From assembly GCA_036787395.1 (NCBI GenBank), contig DAIQPL010000003.1, positions 1 to 41,947 on the forward strand: DNA of 41,947 bases, in the 5' to 3' direction. Numbering within the stretch: position 1 is the first letter of the stretch; the number at the start of each line of letters is the position of its first letter. Positions 19,327-28,082 of this stretch are shown piece after piece. This stretch comes from Flavisolibacter sp. (GTDB lineage: Bacteria > Bacteroidota > Bacteroidia > Chitinophagales > Chitinophagaceae). Below the pieces are notes generated by a model. It saw only the letters and a program-made list of their open reading frames with translations, did no database searches and was not told the origin of the DNA. Made by a program: the position numbers and the translations under genes.

Positions 19327-19968
19327 ATGCGGCTTATTATAAAAATAATAACGATACTATTTATCCTGGCGAGTTGCAGAAAACTTCCAGTACTTTCTTT
19401 AAAGCATGACAACCAAAGCAAAATTATTGCATTGCAACCGTTAGAAGATTATGACGAAGAGCAATTACTAACAATTCAAAATGAGCTAAGCAGCTTTTTC
19501 AACACACGTGTATTGATCTTAAAGACAGTGCCCATACCGCCTGCATTCCGCAGCCCATATGAAGACCACTATTCTGCCGATTCGTTGATTCAATTCTTAT
19601 TAAGATTTAAAAATGATTCGATTTGCCAGGTGGTTGGTTTGACACACAAGAATATATATACCCTGAAGAATTATACGGTTGATTATAACAATAATGACAC
19701 AACATTCTCTGCTTACCATAGCATAAGGGGGCTGGGATATATTTCTCAAAATGCCTGCATAATATCTGACGGTAGCTTAATATCAAATGACAGGAAACTT
19801 TGGAGCAACAGGGTCTTGAAGTCAATACTACACGAGGTAGGTCATAATCTTGGGCTTGGTCACTGTAAGGCAGACAATTGCCTGATGTCAGAAAAGATGG
19901 GCGAAATTAGTACGCTTAATAAAATGGGTGGAGATTATTGCAAAAAATGCAGGCAAAAATTGGACTGA
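19327..19968 (+). CDS. Archaemetzincin-family (M54) zinc metallopeptidase, lipoprotein
   Basis: HEVGHNLGLGHC-x4-C-x-M...CKKC signature; start at 19327 gives signal peptide with lipobox LASC. Confidence 0.85.
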   Translation: MRLIIKIITILFILASCRKLPVLSLKHDNQSKIIALQPLEDYDEEQLLTIQNELSSFFNTRVLILKTVPIPPAFRSPYEDHYSADSLIQFLLRFKNDSICQVVGLTHKNIYTLKNYTVDYNNNDTTFSAYHSIRGLGYISQNACIISDGSLISNDRKLWSNRVLKSILHEVGHNLGLGHCKADNCLMSEKMGEISTLNKMGGDYCKKCRQKLD

Positions 19969-20136
19969 CTTGTGCATACGGCAGCAAACGATCCATAGTG
20001 AAGAAGGCCTAAGTCATTTAAGTTTAGCAGTATTGGAAGTGGGGAGATGACCACAGTTTATTCAGACATCCTCATCAATGTTTCTATAGTATAGCACCCC
20101 AAAACTATTTGTTACATTAATCAATACTCAAAGTCA

Positions 20137-20406
20137 ATGCGCATAAAATTTACCATACAGGTTTATAGCGCAACTCTATTTATTTTTTTATTGTTGAGCG
20201 TTGCGGCATTCGGCCAATCCATTTCATCGTTTCTTCCAGCAAGAATAACAAAGTCGGAAAAGTATTTGTTTTACCTGCATGGCGGAGTTGTGACAATACT
20301 TGGAAATAATGCTATTAATCAATCTATGCCCGAATGGGGCCCTCACGAATACCTCAATATATTGGATTCTTTACAAAGCCGTGGATTTACCATCATTAAC
20401 AATTAG
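20137..20406 (+). pseudogene. Probable 3'-truncated secreted alpha/beta-hydrolase-like gene
   Basis: Signal peptide, then YLFYLHG...L..RGF (the start of an alpha/beta hydrolase fold); ends at 89 aa before any nucleophile motif. Confidence 0.55.
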
Positions 20407-20537
20407 CCTTTATACCAGTCGAATTTGGAGGCTTTGAATTTTGGTCCCTGGTAATTTGCACCGGGACATCCTTGCTTTGATGTTTTACAACTGACAATAA
20501 TCAGTACAAACAACAATAAACTTAATTTCGTTTTCAT
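20403..20537 (-). CDS. 44-aa small lipoprotein (not in ORF track)
   Basis: Manual translation MKTKLSLLLFVLIIVSCKTSKQGCPGANYQGPKFKASKFDWYKG*: basic n-region, hydrophobic h-region, IVSC lipobox. Confidence 0.7.
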   Translation of the reverse strand: MKTKLSLLLFVLIIVSCKTSKQGCPGANYQGPKFKASKFDWYKG

Positions 20538-20963
20538 AGTAGGGAAATTGTTTAAGGTACTAGGATACTAAAGTAATAATTGATCCTGACAAAATATAAC
20601 GAAAAGGCCTAAACGGGGTTATATAACCGTTTTTAATAGAACGCCCTGCATGCCGTGCGGTTAACACGGTTGTCATGCTATCAGTCATTCAGCGAAAATC
20701 AGTATTTTAATGCCTGTCTTCGGGAAGAAATTAGCTTTTTTGCCGATGGCTATCCAAAACCGTGAGCCAAAAATTGAAAAAATGCATGCAGCCAATTCTG
20801 AATGGAAAGGGATTAAATGATTAATAGGTATTTATCATGAGGATCCAAAAAAGAGCAATTTTACAAAGCATTTGACAGTAGTATGCCGCAAGCCAAATAA
20901 TTAGTTGCAAAAAACCGGCAGACGGAAAAAAATTAACTTGTTCAAAGTAAATAATATAAAAGA

Positions 20964-21539
20964 ATGAACGCTATTAACAGCAATAAAAAAAAGTTGTCAC
21001 CGAAACAATCTGAAGAACTACTCAGTGCATTGAAAGCCCGTTTTGAAAAAAACATCAATCGCCATAAAGATGTTGAATGGGCTAAAGTACGGGCAAAGCT
21101 GGAAGCTAGCAGTGAAAAAATGTGGTCGCTCAATGAAATGGAACGAACTGGTGGTGAACCGGATGTCGTGGGTCATGATAAAAAGACAGGCGAATACATT
21201 TTTTATGATTGTTCAGAAGAAAGTCCAAAAGGTCGCAGAAGCATTTGTTATGACCACGAAGCGCTGCAGGCAAGGAAAGAAAATAAACCGGGAAATAGCG
21301 CAATTAAGATGGCTGCTGACATGGACATTGAAATCTTAACCCAGGAGCAATACCAGGATCTGCAGAAACTTGGAAAGTTTGATTTGAAAACGTCGAGCTG
21401 GATAAAAACACCTTCCCCTATTAGAAAACTTGGTGGTGCACTCTTTTGTGATCGGCGCTACGATACTGTCTTTGTTTATCACAATGGAGCCGAATCTTAC
21501 TATGCTGCCAGAGGTTTCCGTGGCCTGGTAGCCGTTTAG
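20964..21539 (+). CDS. DUF4256-family protein
   Basis: MERTGGEPDV, ESPKGRRSICYD, FDLKTSSW and YHNGAESYYAARGFRG. Confidence 0.85.
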   Translation: MNAINSNKKKLSPKQSEELLSALKARFEKNINRHKDVEWAKVRAKLEASSEKMWSLNEMERTGGEPDVVGHDKKTGEYIFYDCSEESPKGRRSICYDHEALQARKENKPGNSAIKMAADMDIEILTQEQYQDLQKLGKFDLKTSSWIKTPSPIRKLGGALFCDRRYDTVFVYHNGAESYYAARGFRGLVAV

Positions 21540-21607
21540 TATTACACACAACAAATGGGCCTTCCTTTTCATACGTTCCGTTATGTATTTTTCTTAAAAA
21601 AACTAAT

Positions 21608-22048
21608 ATGAAAACCCTCGTTTTGACATTTCTTTTATTAGTGCCAATTTTACTCGTGGCGCAATCAAACAAGAAAGTTACAGAAGGTTTTCTCCAGTTT
21701 TTTGTTGACGCATTTAATGCTCATGATATTAAGGTTATAATGTCTTGCATGACCGAAGATTGTGTGTTTGAGGCTTCAGCGGGGCTCGATTTTAACGGGG
21801 AAAAATTTACAGGACAAGAACAAGTTAAGAAAGCATTTGAAAACGTATTTGCAACGTTCCCCGATGCACATTGGGCTAACGCAAAACATTTCGCTGTAGG
21901 AAAAAGAGGGTTCTCTGAGTGGATTTTTACAGGAACTAAACCAGACGGTACTAAGGTTGAAGTGACGGGGTGCGATTTATTTACTTTCAAAAATGGAAAG
22001 ATCGCAGTTAAGAATTCTTATAGAAAGAACCGGATGCCCATAAAATAA
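21608..22048 (+). CDS. SnoaL/NTF2-like domain protein, secreted
   Basis: FVDAFNAHD, FPDAHW, SEWIFTGT, GCDLFTFKNGKI; signal peptide. Confidence 0.85.
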   Translation: MKTLVLTFLLLVPILLVAQSNKKVTEGFLQFFVDAFNAHDIKVIMSCMTEDCVFEASAGLDFNGEKFTGQEQVKKAFENVFATFPDAHWANAKHFAVGKRGFSEWIFTGTKPDGTKVEVTGCDLFTFKNGKIAVKNSYRKNRMPIK

Positions 22049-22191
22049 GTCACAAAGAACTTTGTAAAACTCACCTAATGGCGGCTTTGAGAAAGAAGGG
22101 CTGCAGTGCTGATTTCACGCCGCAAACCTAATGAACGGCCGGAGCAAAAGTGAATCAACATTTCTAAATTGCAGCTTCACAAAGTGCTTGT

Positions 22192-23007
22192 ATGTTAACC
22201 ACAATTGGAACCTTCCAAAAACGCTATCAACCATCGCTACAAAACTACCTTTTTCTCATTTGCCCGTTTCTGTTTACTGTTTTAGAGGCACAGCCTAAGA
22301 AGGAATTTACTTATGTACACGGCGCTGTCGTGCGGGGTGATTCCACAAAAAAGGAACTGGCGCTGGTGTTTACTGCTGATGAATTTGGCGAAGGTCTTCC
22401 CCTAATTACTCAAACGCTTCAAAGCAAAAACGTCAGAGCAAGCTTCTTCTTTACGGGAAGGTTTTACGGCAATCCCGCTTTTGAAAAATATATTCTGCAG
22501 TTACAAAAGAATGGTCATTACTTAGGACCACACTCCAATAAACACTTGCTGTATTGCGATTGGTCAAAACGCGACAGCTTGCTGGTGAGCAGGGATAGTT
22601 TTTCACGAGACCTCGCATCAAACTTGGCCACAATGAAATCGCAGTCTGTTTTTATTCACCCTTCCCATTTTTTTATTCCGTCATTTGAATGGTGGAACGA
22701 TTCGATTGCAAGATGGAGCCAGGCTTTGGGATTCAGGCTTTTTAGCTTTACTCCAGGCGTACGTACACCGGCGGATTATACATGGCCAGGGATGGGAGCA
22801 GCTTACAAAAGCAGCGAATGGATTATGGACTGGCTGAAAAATCTATTATCAACGGACCCACGAAAACTCAATGGGGCTATCATATTGATTCATGCAGGTA
22901 CTGATCCGAACAGGAAAGATAAACTTTACGACAGGCTGCCGCAGTTAATCGCAATATTGAAAGCGCAAGGCTTTATCTTTAGGCGTGTGAACGAGTTACT
23001 TCGGTGA
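22192..23007 (+). CDS. Polysaccharide deacetylase (NodB/CE4-like)
   Basis: LVFTAD, ASFFFTG, HSNKH and IILIH motifs. Confidence 0.82.
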   Translation: MLTTIGTFQKRYQPSLQNYLFLICPFLFTVLEAQPKKEFTYVHGAVVRGDSTKKELALVFTADEFGEGLPLITQTLQSKNVRASFFFTGRFYGNPAFEKYILQLQKNGHYLGPHSNKHLLYCDWSKRDSLLVSRDSFSRDLASNLATMKSQSVFIHPSHFFIPSFEWWNDSIARWSQALGFRLFSFTPGVRTPADYTWPGMGAAYKSSEWIMDWLKNLLSTDPRKLNGAIILIHAGTDPNRKDKLYDRLPQLIAILKAQGFIFRRVNELLR

Positions 23008-23013
23008 GCGGAG

Positions 23014-23036
23014 AGTTGCTATACTGGCAACTTTTA
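23014..23036. terminator. Short hairpin between convergent genes
   Basis: AGTTGC-TATACTG-GCAACT followed by a short T run on the plus strand. Confidence 0.4.
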
Positions 23037-23647
23037 GCTGGCAACTTTTACTTTAACTACAACCTTCTTCACCGCTTTATTACTTCCCGCCGTTATATTC
23101 GGACGGTGTGCATCACCCGGAAAGAAAATAAAAAAACTACCGGACTTCCAGTTGTATAATTTTCCGCCGGCTGAATAGTCCGCTGCATCCTTTTTTCATC
23201 ATAGGGCTTTGTAACTGTTGATTCAGCAACAGGATTTATGCCCATCAATTCTTCACCATCAATCATGCATTGAACATCGATATACTTTCGATGAGATTCC
23301 CATTGTGTACTATCAATATTCTTCGAGCGGGTCTCTGATACTGTCGCAAAAATGTTTTTTCCGTCGATGGGATATTTACCATTTGCCAAGGTGTTAAGAT
23401 CATGTGCTTTTAAGAAAGCAAATGCTTTGTCCCACTCCATTTTATTAGCAGTGTACTGCCGGTAAAATTCCAACAGATCTATTGATTTGTGTGGTTTCAA
23501 TTGAACGCCACTAAGCCATTCTTTTTTCTTAAACCACTTCTTAGCTTCTTTTTTATTTGCTGGGTGTACAGTAGCCGTTTGGGCATAGGATTGCATTGAA
23601 AAAGAAAAGAGTAATACAACAGCTATCAAAACGTTTTTCGTCATCAA
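23034..23647 (-). pseudogene. Secreted YhcH/YjgK/YiaL (NanQ-like) protein with a 1-nt frameshift
   Basis: Signal peptide and WESHRKYIDVQ motif. The family C-terminus (FFIFFPGDAHRP...KKVVVKV*) lies in another frame after the A6 run at 23191-23196. Confidence 0.85.
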
Positions 23648-23664
23648 ACAATTTTATGAAAGGC

Positions 23665-24477
23665 TTATACGCCTCCAAAAATGGAGAACCCACCGTCCAC
23701 ACAGATCATGGCGCCTGTTACAAATTGTGAAGCATCACTTAGCAACCATACCAGGGCGCCCTTCAATTCGTCAGGATGGCCAAAGCGTTTAAACGGCGTT
23801 TGCCTTATCACCGACTCCCCTCTTTCGGTATATCCACCCTCTGCTTTAGTCAACAGATTCCGGTTTTGCTCTGTAAGAAAAAATCCTGGAGCCAAAGCAT
23901 TCATGCGGATCTTATCACCATACCGGTTAGCCAGTTCTACAGCAAACCATTGGTTATAACAATCCACCGCCGCTTTTCCTATATTGTAGCCCAATACTTT
24001 TGTAATAGCTCTTTTGGAGTTCATAGAAGAAATATTGACGATACTACCCTTGCCGCTTTTTGCAATGGCTTCGCCAAAAACCTGGGTAGGAATAACAGTC
24101 CCCCAAAGATTAATGTCCATTACTTTTTTCATGCCTTCGATATTCATGCTGAAGATGTTTTCATTCGGCTGAAGAACACCTTCAGGCATATTACCACCTG
24201 CCGCGTTCACCAGGCCATCAATCCTGCCAAACTCTTTTAGTATTTTTTCTTTGGCTGTTTGCAGTTGCTGCTCGTTCATTACATCAGCAACCAGCGCAAT
24301 GGCCTTGCCGCCTTTCGCTTTGATATCGGCTGCTCTTTCATTGGCTACCTCTTCCTTTCTTCCTAATATGCCCACAGTTCCACCTGCTTCTACAATGGCA
24401 CCAACAAAAGCGTTTCCTAAAATGCCTGTACCGCCGGTAACAACAATTACCTTGTCTTTCAAAGAAAAGTTTTCCAT
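23665..24477 (-). CDS. SDR oxidoreductase (UxuB-type mannonate oxidoreductase-like; possibly KduD role)
   Basis: TGGTGILG, NAAGGN, YNIGK, PGFFLTEQNR; directly downstream of kduI. Confidence 0.85.
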   Translation of the reverse strand: MENFSLKDKVIVVTGGTGILGNAFVGAIVEAGGTVGILGRKEEVANERAADIKAKGGKAIALVADVMNEQQLQTAKEKILKEFGRIDGLVNAAGGNMPEGVLQPNENIFSMNIEGMKKVMDINLWGTVIPTQVFGEAIAKSGKGSIVNISSMNSKRAITKVLGYNIGKAAVDCYNQWFAVELANRYGDKIRMNALAPGFFLTEQNRNLLTKAEGGYTERGESVIRQTPFKRFGHPDELKGALVWLLSDASQFVTGAMICVDGGFSIFGGV

Positions 24478-24494
24478 GCTTTGATCCTGGTTAA

Positions 24495-25325
24495 TTATCG
24501 TAAATCATTTAATTGAAGAGCATCCATATCTCCGTACTCAAGGTTTTCGCCGGCCATACCCCAAATGAATCCATAATTAGATGTTCCGCCACCTGCATGT
24601 ATACTCCAGGGCGGAGAAACGGCTGCCTGGTTATTCTTAATAAGCAGGTGTCTCGTTTCATTGGGTTCACCCATGTAATGAAAGACTACCTGGTTGTCCG
24701 GCACATCGAAATAATAATAGACCTCCATGCGGCGGTCATGTGTATGCGGTGGAATGGTGTTCCATACACTTCCTTTTTCCAACAGCGTTAAACCCATTAC
24801 CAATTGACAACTCTTGATGCCGTTTTTATGAATGTACCTATAGATAGTTCTTTGATTACTGGTTTCTAAAGCGCCTAACGAATTGGATTCTGCATCGGCT
24901 TTCTTTAAAAGCGTTGTTGGATAGGTAGCATGCGCCGGTGCTGAGAGAAGGTAAAGAATAGCAGGCGTTTTAGAATCATTGCTTTTAAAATTAACCCGCT
25001 GAATGCCTTTCCCAACATAAAGACAATCTAACTTTTGCAAAGTATAATTTTTATCATCTACGGTTACAACAGCATCGCCACCTACGTTGATAATACCGAG
25101 TTCTCTTCTTTCCAAAAAATAATCAGACCTGAGGTTAGGATAGTTTCCCAGTGCCAGTGATTCATTGGCAGGCACTGTGCCACCCACCATCATTCTGTCG
25201 TAATGCGTATAAGTAAAACTGATCTTGCCGGGCTGCATCAGGTCTTCAATCAAAAACCTTTCTCTTACAACTGCCGTATTGTAGTGCTTAAAATCTTCGG
25301 GATGAACGCTGTGAATTACTTTCAT
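24495..25325 (-). CDS. kduI: 5-dehydro-4-deoxy-D-glucuronate (DKI) isomerase
   Basis: FLERRELG, WNTIPPHTHDRRME, SPPWSIH and WGMAGEN. Confidence 0.96.
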   Translation of the reverse strand: MKVIHSVHPEDFKHYNTAVVRERFLIEDLMQPGKISFTYTHYDRMMVGGTVPANESLALGNYPNLRSDYFLERRELGIINVGGDAVVTVDDKNYTLQKLDCLYVGKGIQRVNFKSNDSKTPAILYLLSAPAHATYPTTLLKKADAESNSLGALETSNQRTIYRYIHKNGIKSCQLVMGLTLLEKGSVWNTIPPHTHDRRMEVYYYFDVPDNQVVFHYMGEPNETRHLLIKNNQAAVSPPWSIHAGGGTSNYGFIWGMAGENLEYGDMDALQLNDLR

Positions 25326-25367
25326 AATATGGCGAACTTAAAATTTTACAGACAACAATTCCTATTA

Positions 25368-26750
25368 TCAAACTTTTACCTTGTTCATTTTCGGAGCTAA
25401 AAAATGCATGATTGCCCAGGCAATCAGATAAGCACCGCCGCAAATAAAAAACATGATATAATAACCTGTTTCAATTTCACCAAGGGCCTTATAATGATCA
25501 AATAATCCGCCTGCCAGTCTTGCAATTAAAATACCGCCTACCGCACCGGCCATTCCACCTATACCGGTAACAGAAGCCACTGCTTTCTTAGGAAACATAT
25601 CAGATACGGTAGTAAAAATATTTGCACTCCATGCCTGGTGTGCAGAAGCCGCGAGACCAATAATAATTACAGCAAGCCACATATTTATTTGGCCCAGGTA
25701 TTGTGCAAACACAACCGGTATTACGCAAAAAGCATAAATCAGCATCGAGGTTTTCCGGGAACGGAAAACCGGCCAGCCCTTTTTGATAAAGTACATCGGC
25801 AGCCAACCGCCACCAATGCTTCCAAAGGTTGCCATGGTATATACCAGCGCTACCGGCAAAGCCACATCTGTTCCTTCAACACCATACTGCGCTTTGAGGA
25901 AAGCCGGCAACCAAAAAAGATAAAACCACCATACAGGATCGGTCAGAAACTTACCTAAAACAAATGCCCATGTTTGCCTAAAGCGCAACAATTTAAACCA
26001 CGATACATTTTTATCCTTTTCAGGCTCAATGTTCGCTGTAATATCAGGGGTGGTTAAAGGGGTTGTTTCTCTTTCATCGAGATCGCTATGAATATGATCA
26101 TACTCTGCTTTTGAAAGGCGTTTGTGTTTGGATGGAACTTCATATATCAAATACCAGAAAATAAGCCATATAAAGCCAATGGCGCCTGTTATAATAAAAG
26201 CCCACTGCCATCCCCATTCTTTTGCAATAAAAGGAACAGTTAACGGGGCTAATATGGCACCAATGTTTGAACCGGAGTTAAAGATTCCGGTAGCAAAAGC
26301 CCTTTCTCTTTTAGGAAACCATTCTGCCGTTGTTTTAATAGCAGCAGGGAAATTACCGGCTTCGCTTACACCTAAAGCTGCTCTTGCTACAATAAAGCCA
26401 AAAGTGCTGCGAACCAATGCATGCCCGATAGCCGCCAGGCTCCATGCCAATATAGACAAAGCGTAACCCAGTTTTGTACCTATTTTGTCTATAAACCTTC
26501 CAACTGCTAACATCCCTAAAGCATAGGATAACTGAAACGAAATAACTATGTTGGAGTAATCTGTTTCTGTCCAATTAAATTCCTTTTCGAGGTTGTTTTT
26601 CAAAAGGCTGATGACAGCCCTGTCCAGATAGTTGATGGTGGTAGCAAAAAAGATAAGCGAGCAAATAGTCCAGCGGTATTTGCCTACTCTTTCCATACCG
26701 GCATTAAACGCAGATGCACCTGTTGTTTGTTTAGATGTGGTTGTTGGCAT
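25368..26750 (-). CDS. exuT: Hexuronate MFS transporter
   Basis: INYLDR, EAGNFP, EWFPKRERAFATGIFNSG, DPVWWFYLFWLP and HQAWSAN. Confidence 0.88.
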   Translation of the reverse strand: MPTTTSKQTTGASAFNAGMERVGKYRWTICSLIFFATTINYLDRAVISLLKNNLEKEFNWTETDYSNIVISFQLSYALGMLAVGRFIDKIGTKLGYALSILAWSLAAIGHALVRSTFGFIVARAALGVSEAGNFPAAIKTTAEWFPKRERAFATGIFNSGSNIGAILAPLTVPFIAKEWGWQWAFIITGAIGFIWLIFWYLIYEVPSKHKRLSKAEYDHIHSDLDERETTPLTTPDITANIEPEKDKNVSWFKLLRFRQTWAFVLGKFLTDPVWWFYLFWLPAFLKAQYGVEGTDVALPVALVYTMATFGSIGGGWLPMYFIKKGWPVFRSRKTSMLIYAFCVIPVVFAQYLGQINMWLAVIIIGLAASAHQAWSANIFTTVSDMFPKKAVASVTGIGGMAGAVGGILIARLAGGLFDHYKALGEIETGYYIMFFICGGAYLIAWAIMHFLAPKMNKVKV

Positions 26751-26783
26751 GAATGGTTATTTATAGCAAAGCAATTTTATTTT

Positions 26784-27446
26784 CTATCCTCTTACTTCTT
26801 TTATCAATTGTAATGATTTTATCGTGGATGTTTTTATTCCTTCATAATCCTTATTCTCCAGGGCGGCTTTAGTGATTAATTTACTGCCCATACCTACTGC
26901 ACAAACGCCTGCCTTAAACCACCCTGACAAGTTTTCTTTTTCCGCTTCTACTCCACCGGTCGGCATAAACAATAAATTGGGAAACAATTCTTTTATTGCA
27001 CTCAGGAACGAAGGTCCTAAAATATTTCCCGGGAAGAGCTTTACCATTTTGGCACCTAATTGCTCAGCCCTGATGATCTCTGAAGGCGTCATACAACCCG
27101 GAACCCAAAGCATATTATTGGCGTCGGCAACCTTAGCAGCATCCTCAACCAGTCCAGGGCTAATAATATAATCGGCGCCGGCATCAATAAAATCCTGTGC
27201 AGCTTTTGCATTTTTTATGGTACCTACACCCAGGTACATTCCCTTCAACTCCGAATCACATACCTGGCGCATTTTTTTGAAATTATTGAGCGCCGCCTCT
27301 CCCCTGTTTGTATATTCCACTGACCTTATACCTGCGCTGTATAAGGCTTTCAACACCTCAACGCTTACTTCTGGATCTTTATAAAAAAACAGGGGCAGAA
27401 CGCCTTGCTCCGGAATCAGTCGTAAAATTTCAGTCTTTTTGTCCAT
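26784..27446 (-). CDS. eda: KDPG/KHG aldolase
   Basis: EYTNRG, GVGT, PGCMTPSE, KLFPG and MPTGGV. Confidence 0.93.
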   Translation of the reverse strand: MDKKTEILRLIPEQGVLPLFFYKDPEVSVEVLKALYSAGIRSVEYTNRGEAALNNFKKMRQVCDSELKGMYLGVGTIKNAKAAQDFIDAGADYIISPGLVEDAAKVADANNMLWVPGCMTPSEIIRAEQLGAKMVKLFPGNILGPSFLSAIKELFPNLLFMPTGGVEAEKENLSGWFKAGVCAVGMGSKLITKAALENKDYEGIKTSTIKSLQLIKEVRG

Positions 27447-27519
27447 TGTATTTTTTATTGAGTTTCAAGTTGGCCGATTAATAATTATGTGCCCCGCTAA
27501 GTACAACTATAAAGCTTAC

Positions 27520-27539
27520 GTTGCGTCGCACTCTTATAC
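27520..27539. repeat. Dispersed intergenic 20-mer, copy 1
   Basis: GTTGCGTCGCACTCTTATAC; 18/20 identical to 39152-39171. Confidence 0.75.
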
Positions 27540-27566
27540 ACCTTGTTCTTTATTCACCATGCATTC

Positions 27567-28013
27567 TTATAGCTTCACTTTTACTACCAATTTTTTTATA
27601 GGGCCTTGCCCGATCATGGGTGCATGCACATCTTCAGGAAAGAAAATGGCAAACTGTCCCTGTTGCAAATCAAAATAAGTATCCGGTTTGTCGTTGTAAA
27701 ATAGTACGTCTTTTTCGGGGTTGTATTCTCCTTTTGGATTGGTACACTTATCACGCGGCTTCCACCCTATCTGTTCTGTACCCGCAGGACAAACCTGGAT
27801 GTCAATGTAATTGTTGTGGGCTTCAAACTTCGCTTCCTGTTCTGTTACGCCATCTTTCAATGAAACGGAAGCATGAAGGTCGGTGCCATCAATAGGATAT
27901 TTGCCCGGCTCTATTGTTTCTAAATTTTGGCTCGCGATAAATTCAAAAGCTTTGGAAAAACTTTTATGAAGTCTGGCATATTTATCAGCGTTTATTAAAC
28001 TATCTAAAACCAT
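27567..28013 (-). CDS. Cytoplasmic YhcH/YjgK/YiaL (NanQ-like) protein
   Basis: FEAHNNYIDIQ, YNPEKD, FAIFFPEDVHAP and KKLVVKV. Confidence 0.9.
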   Translation of the reverse strand: MVLDSLINADKYARLHKSFSKAFEFIASQNLETIEPGKYPIDGTDLHASVSLKDGVTEQEAKFEAHNNYIDIQVCPAGTEQIGWKPRDKCTNPKGEYNPEKDVLFYNDKPDTYFDLQQGQFAIFFPEDVHAPMIGQGPIKKLVVKVKL

Positions 28014-28042
28014 ATTTAAAGTTGCAATTTACTTACGCTTAC

Positions 28043-28077
28043 AAAAAAATAAAGATTCGCCTCTGAGACAAATCTTT
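28043..28077 (-). terminator. Intrinsic terminator after kdgK
   Basis: Minus strand AAAGATTTGTCTCAGAGGCGAATCTTT hairpin followed by ATTTTTTT. Confidence 0.7.
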
Positions 28078-28082
28078 TAAAA

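Noticed and set aside
23093..23190. C-terminus of the 184-aa ORF as given in the track
   Set aside because: Out-of-frame tail; the family motifs continue in the shifted frame to 23034.
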